A stretch of DNA of 64,000 bases, from contig OY762964.1 in assembly GCA_963667035.1 (NCBI GenBank), positions 1 through 64,000 on the forward strand, given 5' to 3'. The stretch is from Candidatus Cloacimonadales bacterium (GTDB lineage Bacteria > Cloacimonadota > Cloacimonadia > Cloacimonadales > JAFGVF01). The position numbers and the translations under genes are program-made. Under the pieces are notes generated by a model. The model did no database searches. It saw only the letters and a list, made by a program, of their open reading frames with translations, and was not told the origin of the DNA. Positions 31,168 to 41,316 of the stretch are shown piece by piece; position 1 is the stretch's first letter, and each line of letters opens with the position of its first letter.

Positions 31168-33909
31168 CTATTTTAGAATAAGGAATTTTACAGGTTTATC
31201 TCTCTCTCCTTTCAATCTTGAAAAGTAAACCCCATTACTAAGCTTCTTACCTGTTTTATCTTTAATGTTCCAGTTGATTTTACTACTATCTCCAATATTC
31301 AAGCTCTGCACAAGCTGTCCTCTGATATTGAATATTTGTACTTCACTGTTTCGTTTAGTATTAGCGGTTTTGAAACTAATCATATCCAGCGCAGGATTAG
31401 GATAAACACTCAAGGTTGCTCTCTTGACTTGTATGCTTTCTTCATTATCTTGAGGAGAATGAATATTAAAATGCGTGTAAAGCACTTCCGTAATGTAATC
31501 GGTTAAGCTACCAAGATTGTCTGTAAGACCTGACATTGGAAAACTTGCTCCTATTGCTATTGCATCCAAGTAAACTGTCTTTATTGCCGTTACATCATAG
31601 TAGTTCTCTTGTGGGGCAATATATACGTTTTGAGTGAGAGCATCCGGTTGCATTATCTCTAAAGCTTGGAATCCATTTAGATCACTTTCATAGTCCCATG
31701 TCTGACCAGATACAGTTGATTCTACAGTATCTATGTTTACAACATGATCAAAAGGTGCCCAGATATTGAAGTAGTTATAGTATGGAATATCTTCCGAGAA
31801 AGAAGATGAACCTTCAGAGTAGACTTTTCCTCCGTTTTGGAGATAACTGGTTAACAGCTCATGTTCATAACTTGATGAATCCAGGTTATATGCTTCATCC
31901 TGAAATCCAAAGAGACAGAATACGGCAGAGAAATTATCAAGTGTTTCAATCTCATCGTCTATCTTATCCGTATAATAAATGTTCCAGTTACCTGATTCGG
32001 AAATAGCATTTACAACATTGTAACTATTACCGAAACCTATAGGTTCCCAAACAAGTATCTCGCCATCTGCTAGAGAATAATCCGGTTGATAATTAATCAA
32101 CGGATCCCCATATAGGAGATATGTATAAATATTCTTTTGTTCAGGCCAGACTATACCTTCGGTATCATAAGGGTCTCCAAAAAAGAAATAATTACTAAAG
32201 AGTAGATTTGCGTTAGCATGAGCCATTCCTAGAGATTGATTATGAGTGTAGTAGTTCTCCATAAGATAATAATTGAGCGAATGAATTCCCCCCCACCCGG
32301 GATTAATCCAGCCAATCTTATACCAACCTGTTCTGGTAGCTGTTATGGCAGCAACACCTTTCTTTTGAAGCAAGTATTGTCCAAGTGATGGTTCTCCCGG
32401 ATTTGTCAGGTCAAATGCTCCGTTTAAACATGATTGGGTAAAGAAAATAGAACCATCTTGATTTGTTATGTTATTGAGCATATCAACATTGATCAGGCTA
32501 TCCCAATACCGTTCATCGACAGTACAGATGTTGTTGTCATCGAAATCGTCATCCCACACTAATCTAGATGATGATGTTGGACTCCCATGAGCACCAATAC
32601 ATACAAAACCAAAATCTTGAAAATTAAGAGCTGTTTGAAGATTGAGGGAATTCAAATCAAAGTCGGATGGATAGGGAGAGTTATCATAACCAAACTGCTC
32701 ATACATAGTTGTCACATTATTATCTCTAAGAACTGTATTCTTAAGATATTCGGCAAAGTCGGATCCGTCAGTTCTGTTCCATCCAATCTCATAGTCTTCA
32801 TTTTCAAAGTTGAACATAGCCATTGGAGTTAAGACACTATTCTTCCAGGGAGCATCGTTTTGCTCAAAATCAATTAATCTCTGCATTACTTGTGAAAGTA
32901 TAACGGGATCACTGAAAGGTATTCTGCCAACATACATTTCAGGAGTAAAATCTATTTCATAGTCTTCAACACCATATTCATAGGAATATTCTCCCCAGAA
33001 ATCATCTCCATCACTATTAAAATTAGAAGTTAAATCCGAATAATAAAAGTCCGATGGAGTCATACTATCTTCATTGGGAGAAGCATTTAGATACTTAATC
33101 GGAATTGTATTAAAATCACCAATCAAAAGAAGATAGTTGTCACTTGCAGGATTAAGAGAATTTATCAGATAGTTTCTCAAAACATCAGGTGAAGTATTTC
33201 CCCCGAAATTCTCTAAAATAAAATCAATATCTCCAAAGTTTATGGTGAAGCCTTGATTCATTCTGAATGCCAGATAGTCCTGTATATTATCATATATAGC
33301 TTGGGTTGTGACTACATGCAAAGTTTGTTGTCTAGTGTTTAAAGTATTGTATTCATATGTTAACTCAGGATTTACGAAATACTCAATTGCTTTCTCTGCC
33401 AATGAAAGAGATACTATTGAATTATCTCTAGGAATGTCATTAAGCTCAATGCTAAAACTTATATTCTCAATCTTTGTAAGGACTCCATCTCTATACCTAT
33501 AGGGAGCGAATCTAAATCTAAGATAATGCAGATTATTCCAGTATCCTTCGCCCAGGTAGATTAACTGTCTGTCGATTTCAGGTTTAATTGAGGAAGAAGA
33601 CGATTTAGTGTCATCATGATAGGGTGAATTAATCTGTGGTAAGTATTCGAAGTCTTTGTTTGAAGTGGATATGTAATAATTATGCGATATTACTGATTTG
33701 TTCGGTGGAATTAATATATTTATTTGCTTGGAGGGTAACATGTATTTACCAGGGGTTGTGATTTGCCCAAAGTCTTTACTATAATTTACTACAAGTTGAT
33801 TTTTAACAATACTGATATCAGCATCAGGTACATCATAGTTAACATTAAGAGTTTCTCCGAACAAGTATCCACAAATGCCCAAAATAAATACTACACAGAG
33901 TTTCTTCAT
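31168..33909 (-). CDS. C25 (gingipain-like) cysteine peptidase with propeptide and CTD
   Basis: YLLLIGD, PSDFYYSDL, MYVGRIP, GAHGS (His), QSCLNG (Cys), LYGDP; C-term LSVYPNP...FLILK. Confidence 0.85.
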   Translation of the reverse strand: MKKLCVVFILGICGYLFGETLNVNYDVPDADISIVKNQLVVNYSKDFGQITTPGKYMLPSKQINILIPPNKSVISHNYYISTSNKDFEYLPQINSPYHDDTKSSSSSIKPEIDRQLIYLGEGYWNNLHYLRFRFAPYRYRDGVLTKIENISFSIELNDIPRDNSIVSLSLAEKAIEYFVNPELTYEYNTLNTRQQTLHVVTTQAIYDNIQDYLAFRMNQGFTINFGDIDFILENFGGNTSPDVLRNYLINSLNPASDNYLLLIGDFNTIPIKYLNASPNEDSMTPSDFYYSDLTSNFNSDGDDFWGEYSYEYGVEDYEIDFTPEMYVGRIPFSDPVILSQVMQRLIDFEQNDAPWKNSVLTPMAMFNFENEDYEIGWNRTDGSDFAEYLKNTVLRDNNVTTMYEQFGYDNSPYPSDFDLNSLNLQTALNFQDFGFVCIGAHGSPTSSSRLVWDDDFDDNNICTVDERYWDSLINVDMLNNITNQDGSIFFTQSCLNGAFDLTNPGEPSLGQYLLQKKGVAAITATRTGWYKIGWINPGWGGIHSLNYYLMENYYTHNQSLGMAHANANLLFSNYFFFGDPYDTEGIVWPEQKNIYTYLLYGDPLINYQPDYSLADGEILVWEPIGFGNSYNVVNAISESGNWNIYYTDKIDDEIETLDNFSAVFCLFGFQDEAYNLDSSSYEHELLTSYLQNGGKVYSEGSSSFSEDIPYYNYFNIWAPFDHVVNIDTVESTVSGQTWDYESDLNGFQALEIMQPDALTQNVYIAPQENYYDVTAIKTVYLDAIAIGASFPMSGLTDNLGSLTDYITEVLYTHFNIHSPQDNEESIQVKRATLSVYPNPALDMISFKTANTKRNSEVQIFNIRGQLVQSLNIGDSSKINWNIKDKTGKKLSNGVYFSRLKGERDKPVKFLILK

Positions 33910-33911
33910 TT

Positions 33912-35168
33912 TTACTCCTCGATAGGTTTACTCCCATTCTTTGTTTCTTCAACTAATAATCTAATCTGATTTTGTTGTTCTGTAAATTGTTTTAATTTGC
34001 TACCGGTAAGTTTATGAGCACCAACCATTCTCAAGTTAGTCCTCGGATTGACCCAACGACCATTTTTCTGAACTCCAAAATGTAAATGAGGGCCTGTAGA
34101 GTAACCTGTGCTTCCTAGAGTACCAATAACTCTTCCTCTACTTACTCTTTGGCCTCTTTTAACTCTTATTTTGTGTAAATGAGCATATTGAGAAATCATG
34201 CCACCCGGATGCTTTACTCTCACTTCCTTGCCATACCCTCCATTAACTCCTGCAGATATCACAACACCACTGGTCACCGTATAGACAGGAGTGCCAGTTG
34301 CTCCTGCATAATCAATACCATGATGCATTTTCCATTTCCCACTTATAGGATGAAGTCTTTTACCAAAGGGTGATGTAACACGAATCTTATTAAGAGGATA
34401 TCTAACAGCATTAGATGCTAAGGCTTCGCCTTTACTACTATACATTCCGTTAAAAGCTGAGGTTGCATCTCCATCATCATACCAGAAAGCTTCAAAACTC
34501 TTAATATGCTTACCGTGAAAAGCAACGTAAACAGGTTCGCTATATGGTAGCTGTACGCCTTTATATATTTTGTCATCAACAAGAACTTCAATCCAATCTC
34601 CAGGTTGAACACGTCCCATGTCTGCTTGAGATTCAAGGATGTTTGCTATTTTTTGTCGTACCGAACGATTAATACCGACTTTTTCTAAAGCTATGAGGAA
34701 TGTTCCTCCTGCTTCTACACTGGCTTTAAGGAAAGTATATTTTCTTTCGTAAGGTTCCTTTAACAACTGATATTCATACTCAGAGTCTTCCAGAGGCTCT
34801 TTTAAATTAAGCTTTAAATAGTGCCTAACAATTTCATTCTCGATATAGTAGAACTCAGAAATCATTTGAGCTTCGCTGTTAATCTTTATGTATAGCTCAT
34901 TTCCTGCTTTGAATCCTGACATATCAATATGTTCAGCCATTGCATTAGTAAGTTTGATAACTTTTTGATTTGGAATATGATAAGCTAAAAGTATTTGGAA
35001 AAGGCTTTCACCCGGTTGTATCACTCTTTGCTCAAAGCCTTCGTATCTGTTAACCTCTATGATTTCTTTAGCAATACTTTTCTGACGAGTAATTGAAAAA
35101 ACTATTATAAATGCAATGATTAGTACCATTCCCGCTGAGATAATCGTAATCAGCTTTCTATTTGACAT
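33912..35168 (-). CDS. M23-family peptidoglycan metalloendopeptidase
   Basis: HHGIDY, YAHL, STGPHLHF; N-terminal TM anchor. Confidence 0.92.
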   Translation of the reverse strand: MSNRKLITIISAGMVLIIAFIIVFSITRQKSIAKEIIEVNRYEGFEQRVIQPGESLFQILLAYHIPNQKVIKLTNAMAEHIDMSGFKAGNELYIKINSEAQMISEFYYIENEIVRHYLKLNLKEPLEDSEYEYQLLKEPYERKYTFLKASVEAGGTFLIALEKVGINRSVRQKIANILESQADMGRVQPGDWIEVLVDDKIYKGVQLPYSEPVYVAFHGKHIKSFEAFWYDDGDATSAFNGMYSSKGEALASNAVRYPLNKIRVTSPFGKRLHPISGKWKMHHGIDYAGATGTPVYTVTSGVVISAGVNGGYGKEVRVKHPGGMISQYAHLHKIRVKRGQRVSRGRVIGTLGSTGYSTGPHLHFGVQKNGRWVNPRTNLRMVGAHKLTGSKLKQFTEQQNQIRLLVEETKNGSKPIEE

Positions 35169-35256
35169 CTATTCTCCAAAGTAGTATATTTCTTTGTTGA
35201 CAATTTATCTTTATGTATGCTTGTCGAGGATAAATTGTTTCAACACGATAAAATAT

Positions 35257-36060
35257 ATGGCTGTTAAATTTCGTAAAGTAATAATTAGCGGGTTATACCT
35301 AGCACAGTTTGTTTTTAGGGGAGTTTTGTTAAGAGCTCTTGTTTTTGATAAGGAACTACGACATAAGATACTAGCTCGTAGTGTCCACATATCCTCACGT
35401 AGAATTCTTGACGCTTTAAATGTCAGAGTAGAGAAAGAGTGTATTCCTAATCTCGAAAACTCAAATGAGAACTACCTTATTGTATCAAATCATATCAGTT
35501 TTTTAGACATTCTTGTCATTTCCTCAATAACTCCCGTGAACTTCATAACATCCGTTGAAATGAAAAACCATCCTATTCTAGGATATCTCACAAGAATAGG
35601 AGGAAGTTTTTATACTGAAAGAAGATCGCATCACAGATTACCTGAAGAGATTGAGCTCATTACAAATAGACTAAAAGCAGGTTACAATATATGTCTTTTT
35701 CCGGAGGGAACAAGTAATGACGGACTGGAAGTCAGGCAATTCAGAAGCTCTCTTTTTGAATCAGTAGCTCAATCTGGCAAATCAATAGTACCGATCTGTC
35801 TCAAGTACACAGCTCTAGACAATCATCCATTATCTCCTGAAGATGTTAAGCGAATAGCATGGACTAATGCCCAACCTTTCCGTGAGAATCTAATGCAGAT
35901 ACTTGATCTCGAGAGTATTGATGTAAAAGTTGATATTCCTATGGTGATAAAAAGTGAAAATATAAATAGAAGAGAGCTTTGTGATATGACGCACGATATT
36001 ATCAGCAAATGTTACACAGATTTCTACAACAAGAATAAGTCCCTGATAAAATATAAGTAA
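35257..36060 (+). CDS. Lysophospholipid acyltransferase (PlsC family)
   Basis: SNHISFLD, LFPEGTS; start moved to ATG 35257. Confidence 0.88.
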   Translation: MAVKFRKVIISGLYLAQFVFRGVLLRALVFDKELRHKILARSVHISSRRILDALNVRVEKECIPNLENSNENYLIVSNHISFLDILVISSITPVNFITSVEMKNHPILGYLTRIGGSFYTERRSHHRLPEEIELITNRLKAGYNICLFPEGTSNDGLEVRQFRSSLFESVAQSGKSIVPICLKYTALDNHPLSPEDVKRIAWTNAQPFRENLMQILDLESIDVKVDIPMVIKSENINRRELCDMTHDIISKCYTDFYNKNKSLIKYK

Positions 36061-36103
36061 GAGCAATTTTAAGTCAATTCTTAAAGAAATTATTAAAAAA
36101 CAT

Positions 36104-36132
36104 TTGACACTCAAACCACCCCTAAATAGGTT
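36104..36132 (+). promoter_or_regulatory. Sigma70-type promoter of the tRNA operon
   Basis: TTGACA-17 nt-TAGGTT. Confidence 0.55.
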
Positions 36133-36174
36133 GTCCATACATCGCACAGCGAAGGCTTATTGATGTAACGCTAT

Positions 36175-36249
36175 GGTCCAGTAACTCAGTGGTAGAGTAT
36201 CTGCCTTTTAAGCAGAGAGTCGATGGTTCGAGCCCATCCTGGATCACCA
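36175..36249 (+). tRNA. tRNA-Lys(UUU)
   Basis: Acceptor GGTCCAG/CTGGATC, anticodon loop CTTTTAA, GGTTCGAG, encoded CCA. Confidence 0.95.
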
Positions 36250-36254
36250 GAAGC

Positions 36255-36330
36255 GACCCCTTCGTCTAGTGGACTAGGACTCCAGATTTTCATTCTGGCA
36301 ACAGGGGTTCGATTCCCCTAGGGGTCGCCA
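36255..36330 (+). tRNA. tRNA-Glu(UUC)
   Basis: GACCCCT/AGGGGTC acceptor, loop TTTTCAT, GGTTCGATT, CCA. Confidence 0.96.
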
Positions 36331-36370
36331 CTTTTTTTGTCTAAAATATGTGGTAACCACTTTATTAAAT

Positions 36371-36446
36371 GTCCCCATCGTCTAGTGGCCTAGGACTCAG
36401 GATTCTCATTCCTGCAACGGGAGTTCGATTCTCCCTGGGGATGCCA
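36371..36446 (+). tRNA. tRNA-Glu(CUC)
   Basis: GTCCCCA/TGGGGAT acceptor, loop TTCTCAT, GTTCGATT, CCA. Confidence 0.95.
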
Positions 36447-36450
36447 CTTT

Positions 36451-36473
36451 ACCGGCTGAATGCCGGTTTTTTT
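36451..36473 (+). terminator. Terminator of the tRNA operon
   Basis: ACCGGC-tgaat-GCCGGT followed by a T tract. Confidence 0.85.
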
Positions 36474-36559
36474 ATTTCTATTAAAATACTCATTCTAACA
36501 TATTCCATTTGACAGACATTAATACATACTTATGAATAGTGCAAACAAATGGGGGTACT

Positions 36560-37789
36560 ATGAGTTCACCACAAAAATTGCAAGATGATAAAACACCAAA
36601 ATGGTTAGAGAATATACAGAATAATAGTTGGGAACCTGAGATACTAATATCGGGACTATCCATTGCTTTCTTTTTTATACTCCCGAAGTATATCTACAAT
36701 TTTACAGCCATGTTAATACAAGATTTTGGAGCTAATGTAGTCTTAACTTCAGTGCAACACGGTCTAATGATTTTCATAATTACTTCACTTCAAGTCTTAT
36801 TCCTCGGGCATTTAACTCTTAGAGGGTTCTGGGCAGGTTTAGTTGGACTTAGTTACGTTTTCCCTAATGGTGTAAGAAAAGAAGGATTGAATAAGGATTT
36901 AAAAGCTTGTAACTTTAAGAAACCGATTGATCTTGTTATTGAAGTTGAAAGGATATGTAGTCTTATCTTCTCTTTTGCATTCATGATTATCTTATATTTA
37001 ATTACTATCATGGCTATTTATGCAGTGCTGATAGTTCTTTTTATGCTATTGCATGCATTTGATTTAAACAGTGGAGAGACCCGGATAATTCAAGTAGCTT
37101 TGCTTATTTTTGTTTCAGGATCATTTCTTGTATACCAGAAAATTAAGAACAAGGCTTTTAAGAATCACATTTCGAAATCTATGACGTCAAATCTCATCTA
37201 TACGTTCTCTACTAATGTTTCCAAAAAAACAATGGTGTTGTTTCTATTGGGATATACAATCATCACCATCCCTTTGGCATACTCAAAGATTTCTAAATTC
37301 AGTTTTGATGTTAAAGATAAACAAAAGGTTAAGAAAAGTGAGATATTATTCGTCGACGAAAATAATTACATAAACACTAAAGATAATGAGTTAAGAATAC
37401 AAAGAATAGCAATTGATTCATTCTTAATAGAGAAGGATTATTTAGAACTATATATTAGCACTTATAAGAGCGATAAAATTCTGATTAAGGATATAAAAGG
37501 AAACTACGATAAGTTTAAGGAAATTATGCCTGGAATAGAGCTTGATAAGTTAGATTTTACCGGACTCTATAAGATTTACATTGATGATAAGGAAATTCTG
37601 GTAAAAGATTGGATTATAATCAAGGACAACAAGCTTTCTCAGAAATTCTTAACTTCCTATATCCCAACCGATTCTCTTAGCAATGAAATTCACACTTTGA
37701 AAGTAGATAGAGTTAAATGGAGAATAAAAGAAAAGGACTTTGTGTTAAATGAAAACTGGGCGAGTCTACCATTTAAGGTGAAGCACTAA
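36560..37789 (+). CDS. Hypothetical multi-pass membrane protein
   Basis: Several hydrophobic segments; SWEPEILISG and LRGFWAGLVGL motifs. Confidence 0.75.
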   Translation: MSSPQKLQDDKTPKWLENIQNNSWEPEILISGLSIAFFFILPKYIYNFTAMLIQDFGANVVLTSVQHGLMIFIITSLQVLFLGHLTLRGFWAGLVGLSYVFPNGVRKEGLNKDLKACNFKKPIDLVIEVERICSLIFSFAFMIILYLITIMAIYAVLIVLFMLLHAFDLNSGETRIIQVALLIFVSGSFLVYQKIKNKAFKNHISKSMTSNLIYTFSTNVSKKTMVLFLLGYTIITIPLAYSKISKFSFDVKDKQKVKKSEILFVDENNYINTKDNELRIQRIAIDSFLIEKDYLELYISTYKSDKILIKDIKGNYDKFKEIMPGIELDKLDFTGLYKIYIDDKEILVKDWIIIKDNKLSQKFLTSYIPTDSLSNEIHTLKVDRVKWRIKEKDFVLNENWASLPFKVKH

Positions 37790-37852
37790 TAATGATTCTT
37801 AGCTAGTTTTCATTCCGGATTTGCCAGATTTGGTCTTAAGTAGAGGAGTTGC

Positions 37853-38821
37853 ATGAAAGAATTAAAAATAAATACAAATTACAAAATAGAATTATTCTCG
37901 TTAATTGCTTTTCTATCGAATCTAAATGAACAGCATGCTGTGGACAGAAGTATTAATACATACACTAATCAACTTATAGATTCCTTCTCTCAATTTACCG
38001 GACATAAAGCAGTTCAGGAATTCCCTCTTATGTGGGAAAGAGGAATATGTTGGGATACAGTACCTTTATTAGTCTTACATCTGACTGATGATTTTGAGTT
38101 TCATTCTAATATTCCGGTAACAGAAAAACTGAAGAGTGAATACGATGGAGATTTTAATGATGCTGTCAAATATTTGAGATTAGTTAGAGATTTTGCCGAG
38201 ACGACTAACTTTAAGCAATTTTTTAAAATGCTTGGGGATGATAAAATAGTAATTCAAGCGAGAAAGAGAGCATCCGAAATACCTGTTGTTGAAATATTGG
38301 AGAAATACATTAAAATAAAGTTACCTATAGCAGAAGTAATAGTGTCAAACCTATCTTTCACTTCCTTTGGTGTAACTATTCAGACATTGGATGATAAACG
38401 TGTCTATTGTATAATTGGAAAGAAAAGCTTGGAAATGGCAATAGAGTATGACAACTTTGATAGAATTCTTTTGGGAACTATCTGGCATGAATTTTTGCAT
38501 TCGATAATAAATCCACTTACAGATAATCTTTTTGACAATCCATTTAATCTCTCCGATTCTCAAGTAGAATGGTATTGTCAATTAAATGAAAGCATAATCT
38601 GGGCAGTTTGTTTCAGGCTCTTACTAAGAATTGAAATTGTAACATGCAAATCTATTGATTGGTACTTTACTAACGCTGAAAGAAATAATGCAATAAAGGC
38701 TAGAAGTATGAATACTTTATTGGAAGAATATGAAAAATCAATTAGATTCAAGGACATTAGGAACTTCTATCCGGTTTTGATAGAAGTGATGAAACAAGAT
38801 AATAGAGTTGAAGGTATATAG
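37853..38821 (+). CDS. DUF4932-like protein with HExxH motif
   Basis: IELFSLI..L N-terminus; WHEFLHSIINP; LNESII. Confidence 0.6.
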   Translation: MKELKINTNYKIELFSLIAFLSNLNEQHAVDRSINTYTNQLIDSFSQFTGHKAVQEFPLMWERGICWDTVPLLVLHLTDDFEFHSNIPVTEKLKSEYDGDFNDAVKYLRLVRDFAETTNFKQFFKMLGDDKIVIQARKRASEIPVVEILEKYIKIKLPIAEVIVSNLSFTSFGVTIQTLDDKRVYCIIGKKSLEMAIEYDNFDRILLGTIWHEFLHSIINPLTDNLFDNPFNLSDSQVEWYCQLNESIIWAVCFRLLLRIEIVTCKSIDWYFTNAERNNAIKARSMNTLLEEYEKSIRFKDIRNFYPVLIEVMKQDNRVEGI

Positions 38822-38863
38822 TTAGATAATGACTATACCTATATTAAGAGATAACTAATTGGA

Positions 38864-39292
38864 GTGACTATGTATAAAGCTAAGATGTTTGGACTTGTGA
38901 TATTTGCAATAATGTTAAACTCTTGCAGTTATAGTAGATTAGCTGATTATGATCAAAGAACTGCTGATAAGATAGTTGAAATATCTAGGATGATTAATTT
39001 ATTTTATGTCAACTTATCAGAACAACCTGTTGACGAGAGGCCATATAGCAAGTCAATTGAATCATACAATCGAGTTCAAGTGGAAATTGAAACCTTGCTA
39101 CTGATGAATCAAATGAGAGCAGACAATGAGGAATCAATTAAGCAAACCGAGAATCTCCTGACTTTATGGACAAAGTACAAGAATACCCATAAAGAGAAAG
39201 ATAAATACAGTGATGCGATGATAATGCTAAATAAAAAAGCTATGCAGAGAATAATTGTAGCAATTGCGACAGGTGAAAAGTTAAAATTATAG
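38864..39292 (+). CDS. Hypothetical lipoprotein
   Basis: Lipobox LNSC; helical. Confidence 0.7.
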   Translation: MTMYKAKMFGLVIFAIMLNSCSYSRLADYDQRTADKIVEISRMINLFYVNLSEQPVDERPYSKSIESYNRVQVEIETLLLMNQMRADNEESIKQTENLLTLWTKYKNTHKEKDKYSDAMIMLNKKAMQRIIVAIATGEKLKL

Positions 39293-39301
39293 GAGGAAAC
39301 T

Positions 39302-39607
39302 ATGGATTTCGAGAAAATATTCGGTGATATGCTAAATGCAATGAAGTTATCTTTAGGGGAAAATGCAACTGAAGCTTTTAGAATGTTAAAAAAGTGTACT
39401 GAAAAAAATAAAGAAGCTATCCGGGAAGCTACAACTCTTCTGGAATCAGGTGATATTAGTGTTGAAGAATTTAAGAGTATTATGAACGATAATGCTCTTG
39501 TCTTTGAATCTGAGATACAGAATCTTAGCATTGTAAAGAAGAAAGCGGTTAAAGAGGCACTTACAGCCGGTGCAAATATTATTGAGCTGGCTGTTAAAAC
39601 ATTATGA
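39302..39607 (+). CDS. Small hypothetical helical protein
   Basis: Strong RBS AGGAGG; coupled to the lipoprotein gene. Confidence 0.7.
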   Translation: MDFEKIFGDMLNAMKLSLGENATEAFRMLKKCTEKNKEAIREATTLLESGDISVEEFKSIMNDNALVFESEIQNLSIVKKKAVKEALTAGANIIELAVKTL

Positions 39608-39700
39608 AACTGATATCGGTTAGAGAAGAGCCTGGTAATGCAGATAGAATTATAAAGTATTTCCAAAGCAAATGGGCAAGAAAATCCAGTTTGAAAGTAT
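39604..39700 (+). pseudogene. Truncated N-terminus of a probable GNAT acetyltransferase
   Basis: ATGA overlap with the upstream stop; MKLISVREEPGNADRIIKYFQSKWARKSSLKV is cut off by IS sequence. Confidence 0.55.
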
Positions 39701-41149
39701 GCGAGATTTAGCTCTATTTTCGTGTAAATTGGAGTTGAAAATCATGTAATTGATGATAAATTTTGCTATTAATTTCCCTAATTTACCTTTGAAAAGGTAT
39801 TTTACGAGTTTCTTGATATTTTGCACGATAGCTGTTAGATAAGCTTGTTCTCGAACTCGCTCTATTCCTCGATATTTTGCATATCGGTAGCCATGAAGTT
39901 GCTTTGCATTGGCAAAGCTTCTCTCAATGGTTTCTTTTCTCCTCTTGTATATCTCTTTCCCACATAATGTTAACCTATTCTTGTGGATTATCTCTTTGCT
40001 CTCTTCCCAGACATGACGAGTGATTACTTTTTGAGAAGACTTACTTTCTGTACATTTACTTAGCATTGGACAATTCTTGCATTCACTAGGATTCGACTTG
40101 TATTCTTTATAGCCATCACGGCTCGTTGTTCTATAATTTAACTCTTTATTACATGGACATATGTAAACATCCTTCCGGGAATTATATGTAAATTTGTTCT
40201 TTTTAAATAGACCTTTCTTACCTCCCTGTCTTTTGTAGCCAAGGACTCCCATAATATTCATATCTACCAGTTGCTTACAAATGTTAATTGTATCATATCC
40301 TGAATCAAGCCCTACTGCCTGAACATTAAAACCATAAACCTTTTGTTGGAACTGTAACCTGTCAATATAGCAGGTGCTATCATTTACATTGCCGGGAGTA
40401 ATGTGAACATCGGTTATATAGTTCGTTTTATGGTCGACTGTCCTATGATCTAAGTAGAAGAAGCCTTGAGGCTTTCTATCACGGGTCATAAAGCCACTAT
40501 CGGGATCTGTTGTGCTAGACTTGATATTTTTTACTTTAGGTGATGCTCCTCCTTTAAGATTGTTATCCTTAGGTGGTAAAGGTTTCTTACCATGAGCCTT
40601 CCGATCTTCATCAACGCTTGTGTTAAGATCTTCCAAGTAACTCTTGGAGGATACCTCAACTTCAATATCCTCGAATTTACCTTTATTAGCATTTGCCTTT
40701 AGATGGGTTGAGTCGCTATAAAGTATCTTCCCATCAACTAATCCATGTTTAATGCCTAACTTCACTATATCTATAAAAATCTCTTCGAATACGGTGCTAT
40801 CATTAAATCGCCTTCTACGATTTTGACTGAAGACTGAGTGATGAGGTACTTTATCAGTTAATCCAAAGCCTAAGAACCAACGATAAGCCACATTGACCTC
40901 TATCTCTTTGACCAATTGTCTTTCCGAGCGAATACCGAATAGATAGCCAATAAAAAGCATTTTGAAAAGAGTAATAGGATGAATTGGAGGACGACCGGTA
41001 GTAGAACAATACAAATGTGCTGTTCTATCTAAAATGAATGAAAAATCTATTACGCTATCGATTTTCCTTAGTATGTGATCTACCGGTACTAAATCATCTA
41101 TTATTACAAACTCCATTTGGGACTGTGTGTCAGAAACTTTTTTAAGCAT
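39650..41149 (-). CDS. IS1182 transposase copy 2 (C-terminus runs into flanking DNA)
   Basis: Protein matches copy 1 except S>T (DSTVFEE) and the new tail ILSNWIFLPICFGNTL. Confidence 0.9.
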   Translation of the reverse strand: MLKKVSDTQSQMEFVIIDDLVPVDHILRKIDSVIDFSFILDRTAHLYCSTTGRPPIHPITLFKMLFIGYLFGIRSERQLVKEIEVNVAYRWFLGFGLTDKVPHHSVFSQNRRRRFNDSTVFEEIFIDIVKLGIKHGLVDGKILYSDSTHLKANANKGKFEDIEVEVSSKSYLEDLNTSVDEDRKAHGKKPLPPKDNNLKGGASPKVKNIKSSTTDPDSGFMTRDRKPQGFFYLDHRTVDHKTNYITDVHITPGNVNDSTCYIDRLQFQQKVYGFNVQAVGLDSGYDTINICKQLVDMNIMGVLGYKRQGGKKGLFKKNKFTYNSRKDVYICPCNKELNYRTTSRDGYKEYKSNPSECKNCPMLSKCTESKSSQKVITRHVWEESKEIIHKNRLTLCGKEIYKRRKETIERSFANAKQLHGYRYAKYRGIERVREQAYLTAIVQNIKKLVKYLFKGKLGKLIAKFIINYMIFNSNLHENRAKSRILSNWIFLPICFGNTL

Positions 41150-41275
41150 AACCACCTCTAATTATGATGGTTTAAGTATAATCTAAGGGGGTTTTTGTCA
41201 ATGATTGATATTCTTATTTTAAGCTAAAAAAAGACAAAGCTATGAAATCTTACTCATAGCTTTGTCAACAGTCTG
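39699..41275 (-). mobile_element. IS1182-family element, second copy, right end deleted
   Basis: Left IR TTTGTCAACAGTCTG at 41261-41275; near-identical to copy 1 until ...AAATCTCGCAT, then no right IR or duplicated target. Confidence 0.9.
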
Positions 41276-41301
41276 AAAGGCAACCAAAAGGTTGCCTTTT
41301 T
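41276..41301. terminator. Terminator hairpin of the LamG-CTD gene; IS target
   Basis: AAAGGCAACC-aaaa-GGTTGCCTTT directly abutting the IS left IR. Confidence 0.8.
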
Positions 41302-41316
41302 AGGTGATTACGTCTT

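Noticed and set aside
37790..38863. Integron cassette array after the tRNAs
   Set aside because: The short spacers show no attC-like RYYYAAC...GTTRRRY inverted structure
29453..41275. Composite transposon bounded by the two inverted IS1182 copies
   Set aside because: Copy 1 has its own target duplication, the outer flanks differ, and the interior holds tRNAs and housekeeping genes; independent insertions fit better
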